IMG/VR virus record: IMGVR_UViG_3300017722_005389
DNA from: a virus
Taxonomy: Duplodnaviria; Caudoviricetes
Reading direction: 5' to 3' (one strand)
Length of the DNA stretch: 64,000 nucleotides
Shown here: piece by piece, positions 27,985 through 37,393 of the stretch
Layout of the letters: each line of letters starts with the position of its first letter
Numbering within the stretch: the stretch's first letter is position 1
Notes under the pieces: model-generated
Database searches by the model: none
The model's input: the letters and a program-made list of their open reading frames with translations, nothing else
What the model was told of the DNA's origin: nothing
Program-made: the position numbers and the translations under genes

Positions 27985-28445
27985 TGGTGGCGTATTAATT
28001 ATTTCACGCCTTAACTCCCAATATCTATCAATTAGTTTATCCATTCAATTTTCTTTTTGCTTCAAACAAATCAAACATTTGCTCTCCAGTTAGCGATAAT
28101 GTAATCCTGCAGCCATCTGTATGAGTGCCTGTTATTTCATCTTCCCTCTGCACTCAGTTGTAATACTAAATAATGCTTGTATTTCTACACACTATTCATT
28201 AGAAGGTTTTCGTTTTATACCTCATAGATTACAACTGCTCACCCTTGGGAACTGATTAACTTACATACTCAAGGTTGTCATCCTTGTACTGTTCCTGAAG
28301 ACTTTACAGGTTTCACATTATGTAATTCATTCTGACTTGTGTAACAGTCTTATTAATCAGGTAGTTTCACATCTTAATAAGACATTCACTACTTTAAGTG
28401 AGTTGTGGTGCATTAAAAAGAGCAGTTTGTCTACATGCTCAGATA
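27985..28445 (-). ncRNA. Candidate large structured non-coding RNA (~460 nt)
   Basis: ORF-free; 10-bp stems 28347-56/28374-83 and 28155-64/28228-37; gagtgc/gcactc; caagg/ccttg; gagca/tgctc; GAAA loops on minus strand. Confidence 0.7.
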
Positions 28446-28531
28446 TACGCAGAATATCAATGCCTTTCTATGTTCTTTAATAAATTATTGCGCATTAAAA
28501 TTGCAGAACCTAATCTTTCAATTTTAGTGTG

Positions 28532-28570
28532 AAAAAAAAGGGGGCAAATGCCAAAGGGAAATCGCCCCCC
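28532..28570 (-). terminator. Intrinsic terminator-like hairpin
   Basis: Minus: gggggcga...ttgccccc-tttttttt. Confidence 0.65.
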
Positions 28571-28588
28571 ACTTCACTAATTAAAACA

Positions 28589-28915
28589 CTATATGGATGG
28601 AACTAAATTGCTTTTTAATACCTCTTGGATTCTTTCAACAACTTCCTTAGAATTTCCTCCAACATTCCAATGGGTTATTTTTGTTTTGGCTGTACCCTCT
28701 CTGCCAAGATAATTTTTGCCGTTCTTCCAATTATAGATGGTGGCAACAGTACCATCTTCGAATTGAATATACCATTCAGCATCGGTCTTATATCCCTCGT
28801 CTGATTGTGGTTTTCCGAAAATCTTTTTAAGTAAGCTGTACTCCGCATCAATGTAACCTTGAAAATGAGTTCCATTGACATCAATGTTTGACTTATTGTG
28901 TGTTACGAATTTCAT
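28589..28915 (-). CDS. Hypothetical phage protein
   Basis: Start moved to MKFVTH; KTDAEW..ATIYNWK..WNVGG motif. Confidence 0.8.
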   Translation of the reverse strand: MKFVTHNKSNIDVNGTHFQGYIDAEYSLLKKIFGKPQSDEGYKTDAEWYIQFEDGTVATIYNWKNGKNYLGREGTAKTKITHWNVGGNSKEVVERIQEVLKSNLVPSI

Positions 28916-29054
28916 AAGAAAATAAAATTTAATAGTGAGTGAATTAAACGACCTTACAAAGATACAACTTACATTTGGCATTTCAAAATTTTTCTTTAGA
29001 AAAAAACAAGGGCTTCAAAACTTTTTTTGCTTTCTAATGAAGCCCTTGTATATT

Positions 29055-29525
29055 TTACCAAGAAGAATGGTATTCAAAAGAAACTTCATAGTCATTCTCA
29101 AAGACACCCTCTATAGCTTCTGAAAGCATTTTTATTGTGTCTGCAACATCTTCGTAATAGTACGCTTTATACTCTGTATCACCGAAGAAGAAACCTGCGT
29201 GTGTGGGCAAATTTTCCTGACTGAAAGCATTATCTTTCTTTTCTAACACTTGCTCACAAAGGGCAATAAGTTTTTTTAGTTGGGTAATGGTTACTTCGTA
29301 AACTCCACAATCATCTTCGCCATCTTGAACGTTATCTACGAACCATTTGTGGATATGGTTTGCTTTGCGCCAGTATGCAGCACTTTCATGAATTTCCGAA
29401 ATCATTTTTGGTTTAATGTTAATGACATTGCCATTAACTTTGATTTCAACAGAAGCTTCAACATTACGGTGGTCATAATGCGCACCGATGTAAATCTTCT
29501 TTGTCAGATACATATCAAGTCCCAT
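29055..29525 (-). CDS. Conserved phage protein (MGLDMYL..YWRKANHIH family)
   Basis: MGLDMYL, YWRKANHIHKWF, LPT..GFFFG. Confidence 0.85.
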   Translation of the reverse strand: MGLDMYLTKKIYIGAHYDHRNVEASVEIKVNGNVINIKPKMISEIHESAAYWRKANHIHKWFVDNVQDGEDDCGVYEVTITQLKKLIALCEQVLEKKDNAFSQENLPTHAGFFFGDTEYKAYYYEDVADTIKMLSEAIEGVFENDYEVSFEYHSSW

Positions 29526-29633
29526 AATCTTTAAAGTTTTAAAATAGTGAATAAAATAATTGTACAACAAAATTACAAAAGAAAGTTGACATTTCCAAGA
29601 GAAGCATCAACTTTCTTTTGAAATAATTAAAAT

Positions 29634-29798
29634 TTAACAATCCATATCATTTACTTGGTTTCTAAAATACTCTGTGATGTCTATTAAGGCATCCACCAAT
29701 TCTTCTTCAGACATCAATGCGAATTCTTTCGCATCTTCAACTGTTTCGATTTCGTCTGAAGAAAAATCAAAAATTGCTTCAATAAGTTTCTTTCTCAT
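29634..29798 (-). CDS. Small acidic protein (not in ORF track)
   Basis: 54-aa ORF with own cassette promoter and leader. Confidence 0.6.
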   Translation of the reverse strand: MRKKLIEAIFDFSSDEIETVEDAKEFALMSEEELVDALIDITEYFRNQVNDMDC

Positions 29799-29889
29799 AA
29801 TAAAGTTTTAAAATAGTGAATGAAATAAAATAATTGTCCTACAAAAATAGAAAATACTTTTGGCATTTCCAAATTTTCTTTTGAAAGAA

Positions 29890-30162
29890 TTACAAATAAT
29901 ATTCAGTAATCAAATTGGTAGCGGTTTCTTCTATGTAAATATCGCTCATTGTATCTGTTGTATTGTACCAATAGTCATCATCATCGGTTTTGAGAAACCC
30001 TTGCACTATATCATTGTTATAGATTTCAGTAGCAATCTGTTCAATTGCTTCAACTGAAGCAATATTATCTAACGGCATTTCTTGATTAGATCTTGTAACT
30101 CTAATTCTTTCCCAGGTTCTTGCAACATGAACCAATACATAATTGAAAATTGTCCTATTCAT
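29890..30162 (-). CDS. Hypothetical protein
   Basis: Start moved to MNRTIF. Confidence 0.7.
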   Translation of the reverse strand: MNRTIFNYVLVHVARTWERIRVTRSNQEMPLDNIASVEAIEQIATEIYNNDIVQGFLKTDDDDYWYNTTDTMSDIYIEETATNLITEYYL

Positions 30163-30288
30163 AAATTTGGATTTTTGCAGGTTTATAACCATAGTTCATT
30201 ACTATCAAGCCAATTTCATTGTCAGCTTCCTTTTCAGTCAAAGGAACTCTGTTCAACTTGATGTTCTTATAAAACAAATTAAATGTTT

Positions 30289-30555
30289 TCATACAGTATT
30301 TATTCTTATGAGTTCTGTTTTAATAACAGAAGCAAGGTTATTAAGTTGTAAGACAACATCTAAAGGGTAATATTTATAAACGGCTTCACAAGATAAGGTT
30401 TCAAAAACATCGCCACTATAAATTTTTTCTTCTAATTCGTAATCTGTATCGACATACATTTCTCTCCCCTCTAAGAGTTTAATAACTCCTTCCAACAATA
30501 CATCTTTTGGAATTTCTGTTATTGAAATAACAGAAAAGCTTTCATTGGTAAACAT
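30289..30555 (-). CDS. Hypothetical protein
   Basis: 88-aa cassette gene. Confidence 0.75.
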   Translation of the reverse strand: MFTNESFSVISITEIPKDVLLEGVIKLLEGREMYVDTDYELEEKIYSGDVFETLSCEAVYKYYPLDVVLQLNNLASVIKTELIRINTV

Positions 30556-30650
30556 AATAGTATAATTTAATAGTGAAATAAATATAATGTAAAATTACAA
30601 AAGAAATCTCGAACTTCCAAATGAAATCCAAGATTTCTTTTGAAATAATT

Positions 30651-30860
30651 TTAATTGTTTTCTATGGTATCTAAGTAAATCATTTCATTGTTGACACAAA
30701 TATATTCTCTGTTATCGTTTCCAGTATCTGTGTACACCATTATATATCCAACTGGTGTTCCATTGAGAAACAATATAATATCTTCATTATTCTCGTCCAA
30801 GTAAGACAGCTGGGCATAGCTTGTGAAATCAAGTGTCAATTCATCTGTGTAAAATTCCAT
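30651..30860 (-). CDS. Hypothetical acidic protein
   Basis: 69-aa ORF with leader. Confidence 0.75.
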   Translation of the reverse strand: MEFYTDELTLDFTSYAQLSYLDENNEDIILFLNGTPVGYIMVYTDTGNDNREYICVNNEMIYLDTIENN

Positions 30861-30887
30861 AAGTATGATGTTTAATAGTGAGAAAAT

Positions 30888-31184
30888 TTATTGAAACTCG
30901 TAACCAACTTCGGTTACATAAAAATTAGAACCATCGAGGTTGTCATTTCTCATCTTTAACATATATATGTCAAAGTATCCAAAGGTACTTTCCTTTTCGC
31001 TGTTGAACATTATGTTCCAATCAGTTATAGTATTTGTCTCGTCATCCTCGTTGACGATTTCAGCTTCAATTTTTTCATCAAAGGCTTTTGACAAACTTTC
31101 TGTCAATGTTTTCATATTAAACCTTTGACCAACCAAAGATTCTAAAAAGTCTGCAATTTCTTTTTGCTTTTGAGTGAGAGCCAT
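30888..31184 (-). CDS. Hypothetical protein
   Basis: Start moved to MALTQK. Confidence 0.75.
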   Translation of the reverse strand: MALTQKQKEIADFLESLVGQRFNMKTLTESLSKAFDEKIEAEIVNEDDETNTITDWNIMFNSEKESTFGYFDIYMLKMRNDNLDGSNFYVTEVGYEFQ

Positions 31185-31302
31185 AGTGATAATGTTTAAT
31201 AGTGATTTAAAAATAAGAGCGTAAGCGATTAAAATTGTCCAACAAAAATACAAAAGAAAGTTGACATTTCCAAGAGAAGCATCAACTTTCTTTTGAAATA
31301 AT

Positions 31303-31476
31303 TTATTTTTCTTTCAAATCTTCATAGGTGGTTATTGAAGCAGTTACTCTTTCTATAAATAAATCTGCCCATTGGTTATCGTCCATCATGCCGATACCTT
31401 TTTGGTTTTGGTAATCTGCTAAGTCCTGCTGGATGTCATCAAGAATAGCTTTTAGCGTTTCAAAATTCATGTTCAT
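31303..31476 (-). CDS. Small protein (not in ORF track)
   Basis: 57-aa ORF with leader. Confidence 0.55.
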   Translation of the reverse strand: MNMNFETLKAILDDIQQDLADYQNQKGIGMMDDNQWADLFIERVTASITTYEDLKEK

Positions 31477-31509
31477 AATGTAAAATTTTATTAGTGAGTG
31501 AAATAATAT

Positions 31510-31746
31510 TTATTCTTCGTTAAACTCTGCATTATGCTCACAATCCGCATAAAAAAGGTCGGGACAATCAGATATTTCTAATGTGTGTTTGCAATACGCA
31601 CACTCAATTTCATTGTCCATTATATCGTGTAATAGAACCTCCCCACAATTCCCACACGTTACAATGTTAATATTTGCTAACGCTATAACTCTTTTTGATA
31701 GTTCAATTTGTTTTTCAACTAATTGTCTTTTTGTTACTTTTGTCAT
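31510..31746 (-). CDS. Zn-ribbon protein
   Basis: CGNC...CAYC; start moved to MTKVTK. Confidence 0.75.
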   Translation of the reverse strand: MTKVTKRQLVEKQIELSKRVIALANINIVTCGNCGEVLLHDIMDNEIECAYCKHTLEISDCPDLFYADCEHNAEFNEE

Positions 31747-31830
31747 AATTTTTAAAGTTTTATTAGTGAATAAAATAATGTCCAACAAAAATAGAAAATA
31801 CTTTTGGCATTTCAAAATTTATTTCCAACT

Positions 31831-32091
31831 TTATTTTGAAAGAATTAAATTTTTTATAGTCCCACTTCCAATGACATAAACGAATAAATCTTCAATGATC
31901 GTTTCTTCATCGGTCTCTGTCCTATTCAAGAGAATGAAATTGTTATCATCATCTTGATAGATGAAAGTTCCCTCTGTATCGCCATCGCTTTTCACAGACC
32001 AGACTGGGTTTCCTCCCCAGTTTGCTGAAGATCTCTGGACAACTCTTTTATAATGTTTGTCCAAGAACTTCTGTACGTTTTTGTGTAACAT
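31831..32091 (-). CDS. Hypothetical protein
   Basis: 86-aa ORF with leader. Confidence 0.75.
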   Translation of the reverse strand: MLHKNVQKFLDKHYKRVVQRSSANWGGNPVWSVKSDGDTEGTFIYQDDDNNFILLNRTETDEETIIEDLFVYVIGSGTIKNLILSK

Positions 32092-32157
32092 AGTTTTAAG
32101 TTTAATAGTGAAATAAAATGTCCAAATTCAAATTGAACTTTCTTTTGAAATAATTTT

Positions 32158-32310
32158 TTAGTACAAATAAACTTTAGTTCCTCGCAGAATTTCTCTGCCA
32201 CTTTCAATAATAAACAGTTTTGCTTCTTTTAAAGATTTTGCTTTAATCTCTTGTGTGCAAAATGAATCATTAGTGTTTGCTTTGCGTGTCCAAGCTTTGT
32301 AAGTTTTCAT
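32158..32310 (-). CDS. Small protein (not in ORF track)
   Basis: 50-aa ORF with cassette promoter. Confidence 0.5.
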   Translation of the reverse strand: MKTYKAWTRKANTNDSFCTQEIKAKSLKEAKLFIIESGREILRGTKVYLY

Positions 32311-32399
32311 AATATTAGTTTTATTTGTGAATAATAAGTATAAAGATAAAAAAGAAAGTTGACATTTCCAAGAGAAGCATCAACTTTCTTTTGAAATAA

Positions 32400-32675
32400 T
32401 TACAACCAAGTTTTTTTAGTTATTTTCTTTTTTCCATCTACTAATTCCCATCTTTCAAACCACTGACCCCATTCACCCCTGCGAGACCTTGTAATTTCTA
32501 CAGTATTATCCGTAGCATTGTCCAATAGTCTTTGCAGACTTTTCTTTAGGCTTTCATAAGTGTTAAAATGCCCTTGAGCTAAATGCTCTCCATAAGTTGA
32601 GTAATAATATATTAACCCAAGTCTTTCAGCAATATTTCTATTGCTTACTTTCAAACATACATAAGGTTGTCTCAT
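32400..32675 (-). CDS. Hypothetical protein
   Basis: 91-aa cassette gene. Confidence 0.75.
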   Translation of the reverse strand: MRQPYVCLKVSNRNIAERLGLIYYYSTYGEHLAQGHFNTYESLKKSLQRLLDNATDNTVEITRSRRGEWGQWFERWELVDGKKKITKKTWL

Positions 32676-32832
32676 ATCTATATAATTTAATAGCGATTAA
32701 ATTGTCCTACAAAAATAGTAAACACTTTTGGCATTTCCAAATTTTCTTTTGAAATAATTTCAGTTTCAAAAGATTTTTTTTGGTGCCCCTGGATCGATCT
32801 CCAGGGGCATTGTCCAAAATCTTACATTGCCC

Positions 32833-33759
32833 TTACATTGCCACCGACATTGCATCGTACATTGCCTTAGTCACAATGAAGCTATTGTCCGACTGATTTT
32901 TAGGAACTTTTTTCAAGTTCAACCCTAAGACTTGTTTTTCTTGCAAGAACGTCAAATCTGTTTCATCGCCATTTGCGACATCGTAACCTAAAAACGTTTC
33001 GGGGAATTGACCACCAAAAGAAGCTAAGTCAAAGACTACAGCTATTTTTTGTCCAATTGACAATGCATACATAGCTGTAGCTATATTGTTATGCTCATTG
33101 GTATTTGCATAGCTGAATGTAACATCATAATTGCTATGCTCATTGGCATTGTCCAATTGCTTTTGCATCTTAGTATAGTCATAGAATTGAACATCTGAAT
33201 GAATGTCCAATAATGACTGGCTATCAGTTTTAAACAAGTTAATGTTCAAATCTGATGTACCATTCAAACGAACAGCAAAGTTCTTATTTTGTGATGCAGA
33301 CAAAAACTTTGCAGCACTAATTTCGGCATTAAGCCAATCCATAAAAAAGTTTCGGTTAAAAAAGAATAACCAAGTTTTTTTCAGTCTTGCCCAAGTTATT
33401 TGGTTAATAACTTGTCCTTCAGTTAACATCATTGCCCTACCTGATTCAACAAGACAAGCTTGTTTGCAGCCTGATGTAGCTTGCGGACAAATATTGAAAC
33501 CTGACATATCTGCTGCTGCAAGATACATTACTAAGGTATTGTAATCTTTTTTCTCGCCTTTGACAATCTTAGCTGAACTATTTACGCCAGCAAGATACGA
33601 CAAACCTGTCATTTTTGTAGCCTTTGAACGGTTGACAAATTTTTTGCTTTCAACGTTTCGAAGCATTGTAATTACTTCTTTCATTTTTGAAAGATAGTCT
33701 GACTTAGATGCAGACACTTCTGCTACAGCACCTGCAATTTTTTTAAGGAAAGCTTTCAT
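32833..33759 (-). CDS. GP88-like (radical-SAM-related) phage protein
   Basis: NICPQATSGCKQACL, VRLNGTSDL, QFYDYTK, YDVTFS, NGDETDLTFL. Confidence 0.8.
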   Translation of the reverse strand: MKAFLKKIAGAVAEVSASKSDYLSKMKEVITMLRNVESKKFVNRSKATKMTGLSYLAGVNSSAKIVKGEKKDYNTLVMYLAAADMSGFNICPQATSGCKQACLVESGRAMMLTEGQVINQITWARLKKTWLFFFNRNFFMDWLNAEISAAKFLSASQNKNFAVRLNGTSDLNINLFKTDSQSLLDIHSDVQFYDYTKMQKQLDNANEHSNYDVTFSYANTNEHNNIATAMYALSIGQKIAVVFDLASFGGQFPETFLGYDVANGDETDLTFLQEKQVLGLNLKKVPKNQSDNSFIVTKAMYDAMSVAM

Positions 33760-33844
33760 AGTGTATGAAATTTAATAGTGAAACAATAATAAGTACAAAG
33801 ATAGTAAAAGATATTAGAACTACAAATAATTTCAAAAGAAAATT

Positions 33845-34165
33845 TAAAATATTTTTTGTAGTCGTAACTACCTTTGCAAATATCTTGAGACAAAGATATA
33901 ACAAGTTTTTCAAATAAAAAAATTTATTTTTACCTCAAAAGAACTTTTTTAATTTCCAAATTTTTTAACAATTTTAACTAAAAAAAATTCTGGCATTGTA
34001 ATATACGAAAACACGCTGGCAACGAAATATACGAAGATTTCAATCTGTTGCAGGTCTGGATTAATCCTACCTTCGAACTTCGTCTCAGAGATATGCACTA
34101 TCAATTAGCTGTTACAAAAGTATGCATAATAGCTGGCATTACAAAATATTTTTAGTTAAATTTTT
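33845..34165. repeat. ~300-bp regulatory module copy 1 (upstream of GP88-like gene)
   Basis: Colinear near-identity with 38855-39215. Confidence 0.85.
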
Positions 34166-34367
34166 AAATTATTTTAAAATAATTTTCAAAGGAAAGATCT
34201 TTGTTTCTTTTGAACCCAGATTTGCCTCTATTCGCTTAAAATTTGCCATCTGAGACACTTTCACTCCAGTCTGGATTAATACCTCGATCCAAATGTAAAA
34301 ACGTCTCAGATCGAATATACGACAAGCTGGTATAAGGAATAAAAAAACCCCTTTCGGGGTTCAGAAG

Positions 34368-34520
34368 TTATTTTGATATCTTTATTTGTCTGTCATAAAG
34401 ATAATCTTTATAAACAGCATATACATTGTAATCTTGCTCTTCTCTAACGAAGATTAACTTTTCATCTTCAGCTGGTGTGTAAGATTTTAAAACTTGCTTT
34501 GAACTCTTTTTCATAAACAT
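34368..34520 (-). CDS. Small hypothetical protein
   Basis: ORF ending before terminator aaaaaaaccc-ctttc-ggggtt. Confidence 0.55.
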   Translation of the reverse strand: MFMKKSSKQVLKSYTPAEDEKLIFVREEQDYNVYAVYKDYLYDRQIKISK

Positions 34521-34534
34521 AATTTTTAAAGTTA

Positions 34535-34726
34535 TTATATAAGTTCCCATTTAATTACTGAGTCACTCAGTATGTTTAATATTTGCCCAGCCTCAAATCT
34601 GTCAATTACCGCATACTGAATTGTCAAAGTTTCTTTATCTTTACCCAGTAAAGATTCAGAGGTTCTAAAGGTGCTACAAAAACTATTGAATAGTTTTTTG
34701 TTGTTTAATTTCATCTGTAGTGTCAT
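34535..34726 (-). CDS. Hypothetical protein
   Basis: 63-aa ORF with leader. Confidence 0.7.
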   Translation of the reverse strand: MTLQMKLNNKKLFNSFCSTFRTSESLLGKDKETLTIQYAVIDRFEAGQILNILSDSVIKWELI

Positions 34727-35119
34727 AAGTTAAAGTTTTAATAGTGATTTAATGAGTACAAATTACGATATTATTATTGACACTACCAAATTATTTTAGT
34801 TAAAATTTTAAAATAATTTTCAAAAGAAAAATCTTTGTTTCTTTTGAACCCAGGTCCAGATTGCCCAGATTGCCCAGATATAACTCTAATGATTAAAATT
34901 TTGCCATCTGAGACGCTTTTAGCTATTCAGTAACATCTTAGCCCAGACTGGTATAAAAGTGTCTTAGATCGAAGATTGTCACAAATTATTACTATAATTG
35001 GGACAAATTTAATGATCATTCGCAAAAAAAATAGACTACCAAAAGAAAATTATTGATCTACATTTGGTAGTCTATTATACTTATCGCAAAAAAAAAGCTA
35101 CCATAAAGGTAGCCTTAAT

Positions 35120-35287
35120 TTATCTTACAATGTATGCACTATCTTTGACAAACATTACCTTGAGCGTATCATCACCGCTCCATTGGTAGTTGTCTGGTGT
35201 TACAGCAGATGCAGATGCAGTTTCAAAATTTTGCAGCAGAAAATAAGCCACAACAACTAGTACTACTAATATCAGAAAATCTTTCAT
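35120..35287 (-). CDS. Small membrane-anchored protein (not in ORF track)
   Basis: MKDFLILVVLVVVAYFLLQ..., 55 aa, leader upstream. Confidence 0.6.
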   Translation of the reverse strand: MKDFLILVVLVVVAYFLLQNFETASASAVTPDNYQWSGDDTLKVMFVKDSAYIVR

Positions 35288-35567
35288 AAGTGTAAGTTTT
35301 AATAGTGAAGTAATTATCTTTGGCTTGATTTAACACAATTGGCTACGCTTGGTGCTTGATGAGCAATCTGTGAAGTTTCAAGTAATAGAACCTCTACAAG
35401 CATTCCATTTATGAACATTACAAGTTTTTCTTCATTTTTGGATTTCATTGGTAGTGAATTTAAATGGTAAATTAAATATAGTGTAAAATTACAAAAGAAA
35501 GTTGGCATTTCAAAATAAATTACCAACTTTCTTTTGTGTAAACCCAAAATTTTTCTTTTGAAATAAT

Positions 35568-35924
35568 TTAATTTATTCTGACACCATTTTTGAATGTAAC
35601 TATAAAGCAGTCTCTGAACATTGTTCGTCTGTAGTATGAATGCTTTATATAGGCATCAGCTAAATCTTCTGAAGGAATTAAAACTCTGTAGATTATTTTT
35701 CCATCTTTCAGACAAGCAGTCTCAAATTCATAGGCATCAATAACCTGTTCATGAAACTTAGGTTTCTGCATCAGCATTTCTAGGTTTGATGTTGAAGCTA
35801 TCTGTACTGCATATTGAATTTTATCGGGTACACAAGGAACTGTTTTGTTATCGGTGCTATCAATTGATTGCCCAAAAGAAAAAGTTGCTGTAACGACAAA
35901 TAATGCGATTAAAATCTTTTTCAT
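35568..35924 (-). CDS. Secreted SPOR-like peptidoglycan-binding protein
   Basis: Signal peptide; YAVQIAS, IYRVLI, DCFIVTFKNGVRI. Confidence 0.6.
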   Translation of the reverse strand: MKKILIALFVVTATFSFGQSIDSTDNKTVPCVPDKIQYAVQIASTSNLEMLMQKPKFHEQVIDAYEFETACLKDGKIIYRVLIPSEDLADAYIKHSYYRRTMFRDCFIVTFKNGVRIN

Positions 35925-35930
35925 AAAGTT

Positions 35931-36089
35931 TTATTTTGTGTTTGAAGTAATGATTTTTATTATAGCTAAAACGAATGCTGTCCTTTCAGACATTGTTTCT
36001 TTCAGTTTAGCAAACGTTCTGTCGAACTCAGATTGATTTTCTTTTGAAATTTCAATCTTATAATTGAGTTTTGATATGTTAACTTTCAT
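35931..36089 (-). CDS. Small hypothetical protein
   Basis: Start moved to MKVNIS. Confidence 0.55.
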   Translation of the reverse strand: MKVNISKLNYKIEISKENQSEFDRTFAKLKETMSERTAFVLAIIKIITSNTK

Positions 36090-36180
36090 TTTTAATAATG
36101 AGTGAATTAAATTAGAAAACAAAATTAAAAAAGAAAGTTGGCATTTCAAAATAAATTACCAACTTTCTTTTGAATGAATT

Positions 36181-36420
36181 TTATACCGCAATTAACCAAT
36201 CAGTAACACCCCAATTTACTGAACTTGTAACCGAATAACCTTTTCTCCTAAGTCTATCAGCTACGATAGGCATATACATAAATTCCTCTACAGACCAACC
36301 AAATGAGGGTGCATCTTTGCAAGTTGTAAAGGTAGTGGTTAAACTATTACCACTTAACCAACCTTCAATTCTGTTCTGTAGTTCAGTAATGAACTGCTCT
36401 TTTCTTTCTAATGCTGTCAT
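36181..36420 (-). CDS. Hypothetical protein
   Basis: 79-aa cassette gene. Confidence 0.75.
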   Translation of the reverse strand: MTALERKEQFITELQNRIEGWLSGNSLTTTFTTCKDAPSFGWSVEEFMYMPIVADRLRRKGYSVTSSVNWGVTDWLIAV

Positions 36421-36568
36421 AAGTTATAAAATTTTAATAGTGAGTGAAATAAAATAAGTGCGTAAGTGATTTAATTGACCTTACAAAGGTAAGGATTAGT
36501 TTTATTATTTCAAAAGAAAATTCAAACTTTCTTTCGTATACTTTGAATTTTCTTTTGAAATGTTTTTT

Positions 36569-36742
36569 TTATCTGTTGATATACTGAATTCTCTGGCTTA
36601 CTACCAGCATATTGATAAAGAATAATACACAAAAAAGAAGCGAATAAAATGTACCAAATAATATAGCTGCACACATAATGCTAACAGCAGCAGCAGCCGA
36701 AAATAAAATGATAACAATAGCTGAAATGAATTGAGTTTTCAT
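36569..36742 (-). CDS. Small membrane protein
   Basis: Start moved to MKTQF; two TM helices. Confidence 0.65.
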   Translation of the reverse strand: MKTQFISAIVIILFSAAAAVSIMCAAILFGTFYSLLFCVLFFINMLVVSQRIQYINR

Positions 36743-36803
36743 AGTAAAAGTTTTTAAAGTGAGTTTAATATTTGCAGTTGGCTGGATGCTACACCCAGAA
36801 TTT

Positions 36804-37073
36804 TCATTCAATTATATACCCTTTCATTTTTTTGGCACATTCATTTCCAATTGGAAACATTCCTTGTGTTTCAGCACCTGTCATTTCAAGACATTTTTCA
36901 TCAGTTATTGATGGATGAACAGCCAACCAATTTGTATTCATATGAACGTATTTTTTATCATTTGCTTTCATTGGTTTGCCACAACAAATGCACTGGTCTT
37001 CTGCCTGACCATATTTGTCCAAATTGCTGTCTAACATTGGGGAAACATAGAGTTCCTTTGTAATCTGTTCCAT
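36804..37073 (-). CDS. Zn-binding hypothetical protein
   Basis: CICCGK...FPIGNECAKK. Confidence 0.8.
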   Translation of the reverse strand: MEQITKELYVSPMLDSNLDKYGQAEDQCICCGKPMKANDKKYVHMNTNWLAVHPSITDEKCLEMTGAETQGMFPIGNECAKKMKGYIIE

Positions 37074-37135
37074 AATAGTAAATTTTTAAAGTGAGTTTAA
37101 TATTTGCAGTTGGTCGGATACTGCGCCCCGAATGA

Positions 37136-37393
37136 TTATTCTGTAAGTTGTGTTGGCATTTTAAACCAATCTGCTGGCTCATACGAGCCAATTATAATGT
37201 CAACACAATTGATTGTCACATAGAACGCATTACAATTGTCCAAATATGGGTCGGAATCAAAAAATTCCAACTTGTATTTGCCGTTATTGGTTTCAATAAC
37301 ATCAACAAACCCATAGGTTCTATTGTATTGAACCATAATGTTTTTTACATACTGCCAATCCGATTGGCTTGCTTTATAATCTGACTTTGCCAT
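37136..37393 (-). CDS. Hypothetical protein
   Basis: 85-aa cassette gene. Confidence 0.7.
   Translation of the reverse strand: MAKSDYKASQSDWQYVKNIMVQYNRTYGFVDVIETNNGKYKLEFFDSDPYLDNCNAFYVTINCVDIIIGSYEPADWFKMPTQLTE

Noticed and set aside
27985-28445. tmRNA, RNase P RNA or group I intron identity
   Set aside because: No GGGG..UCCACCA tRNA-Ala-like ends, no GAGGAAAGUCC, no P7-type core, and not inside a gene
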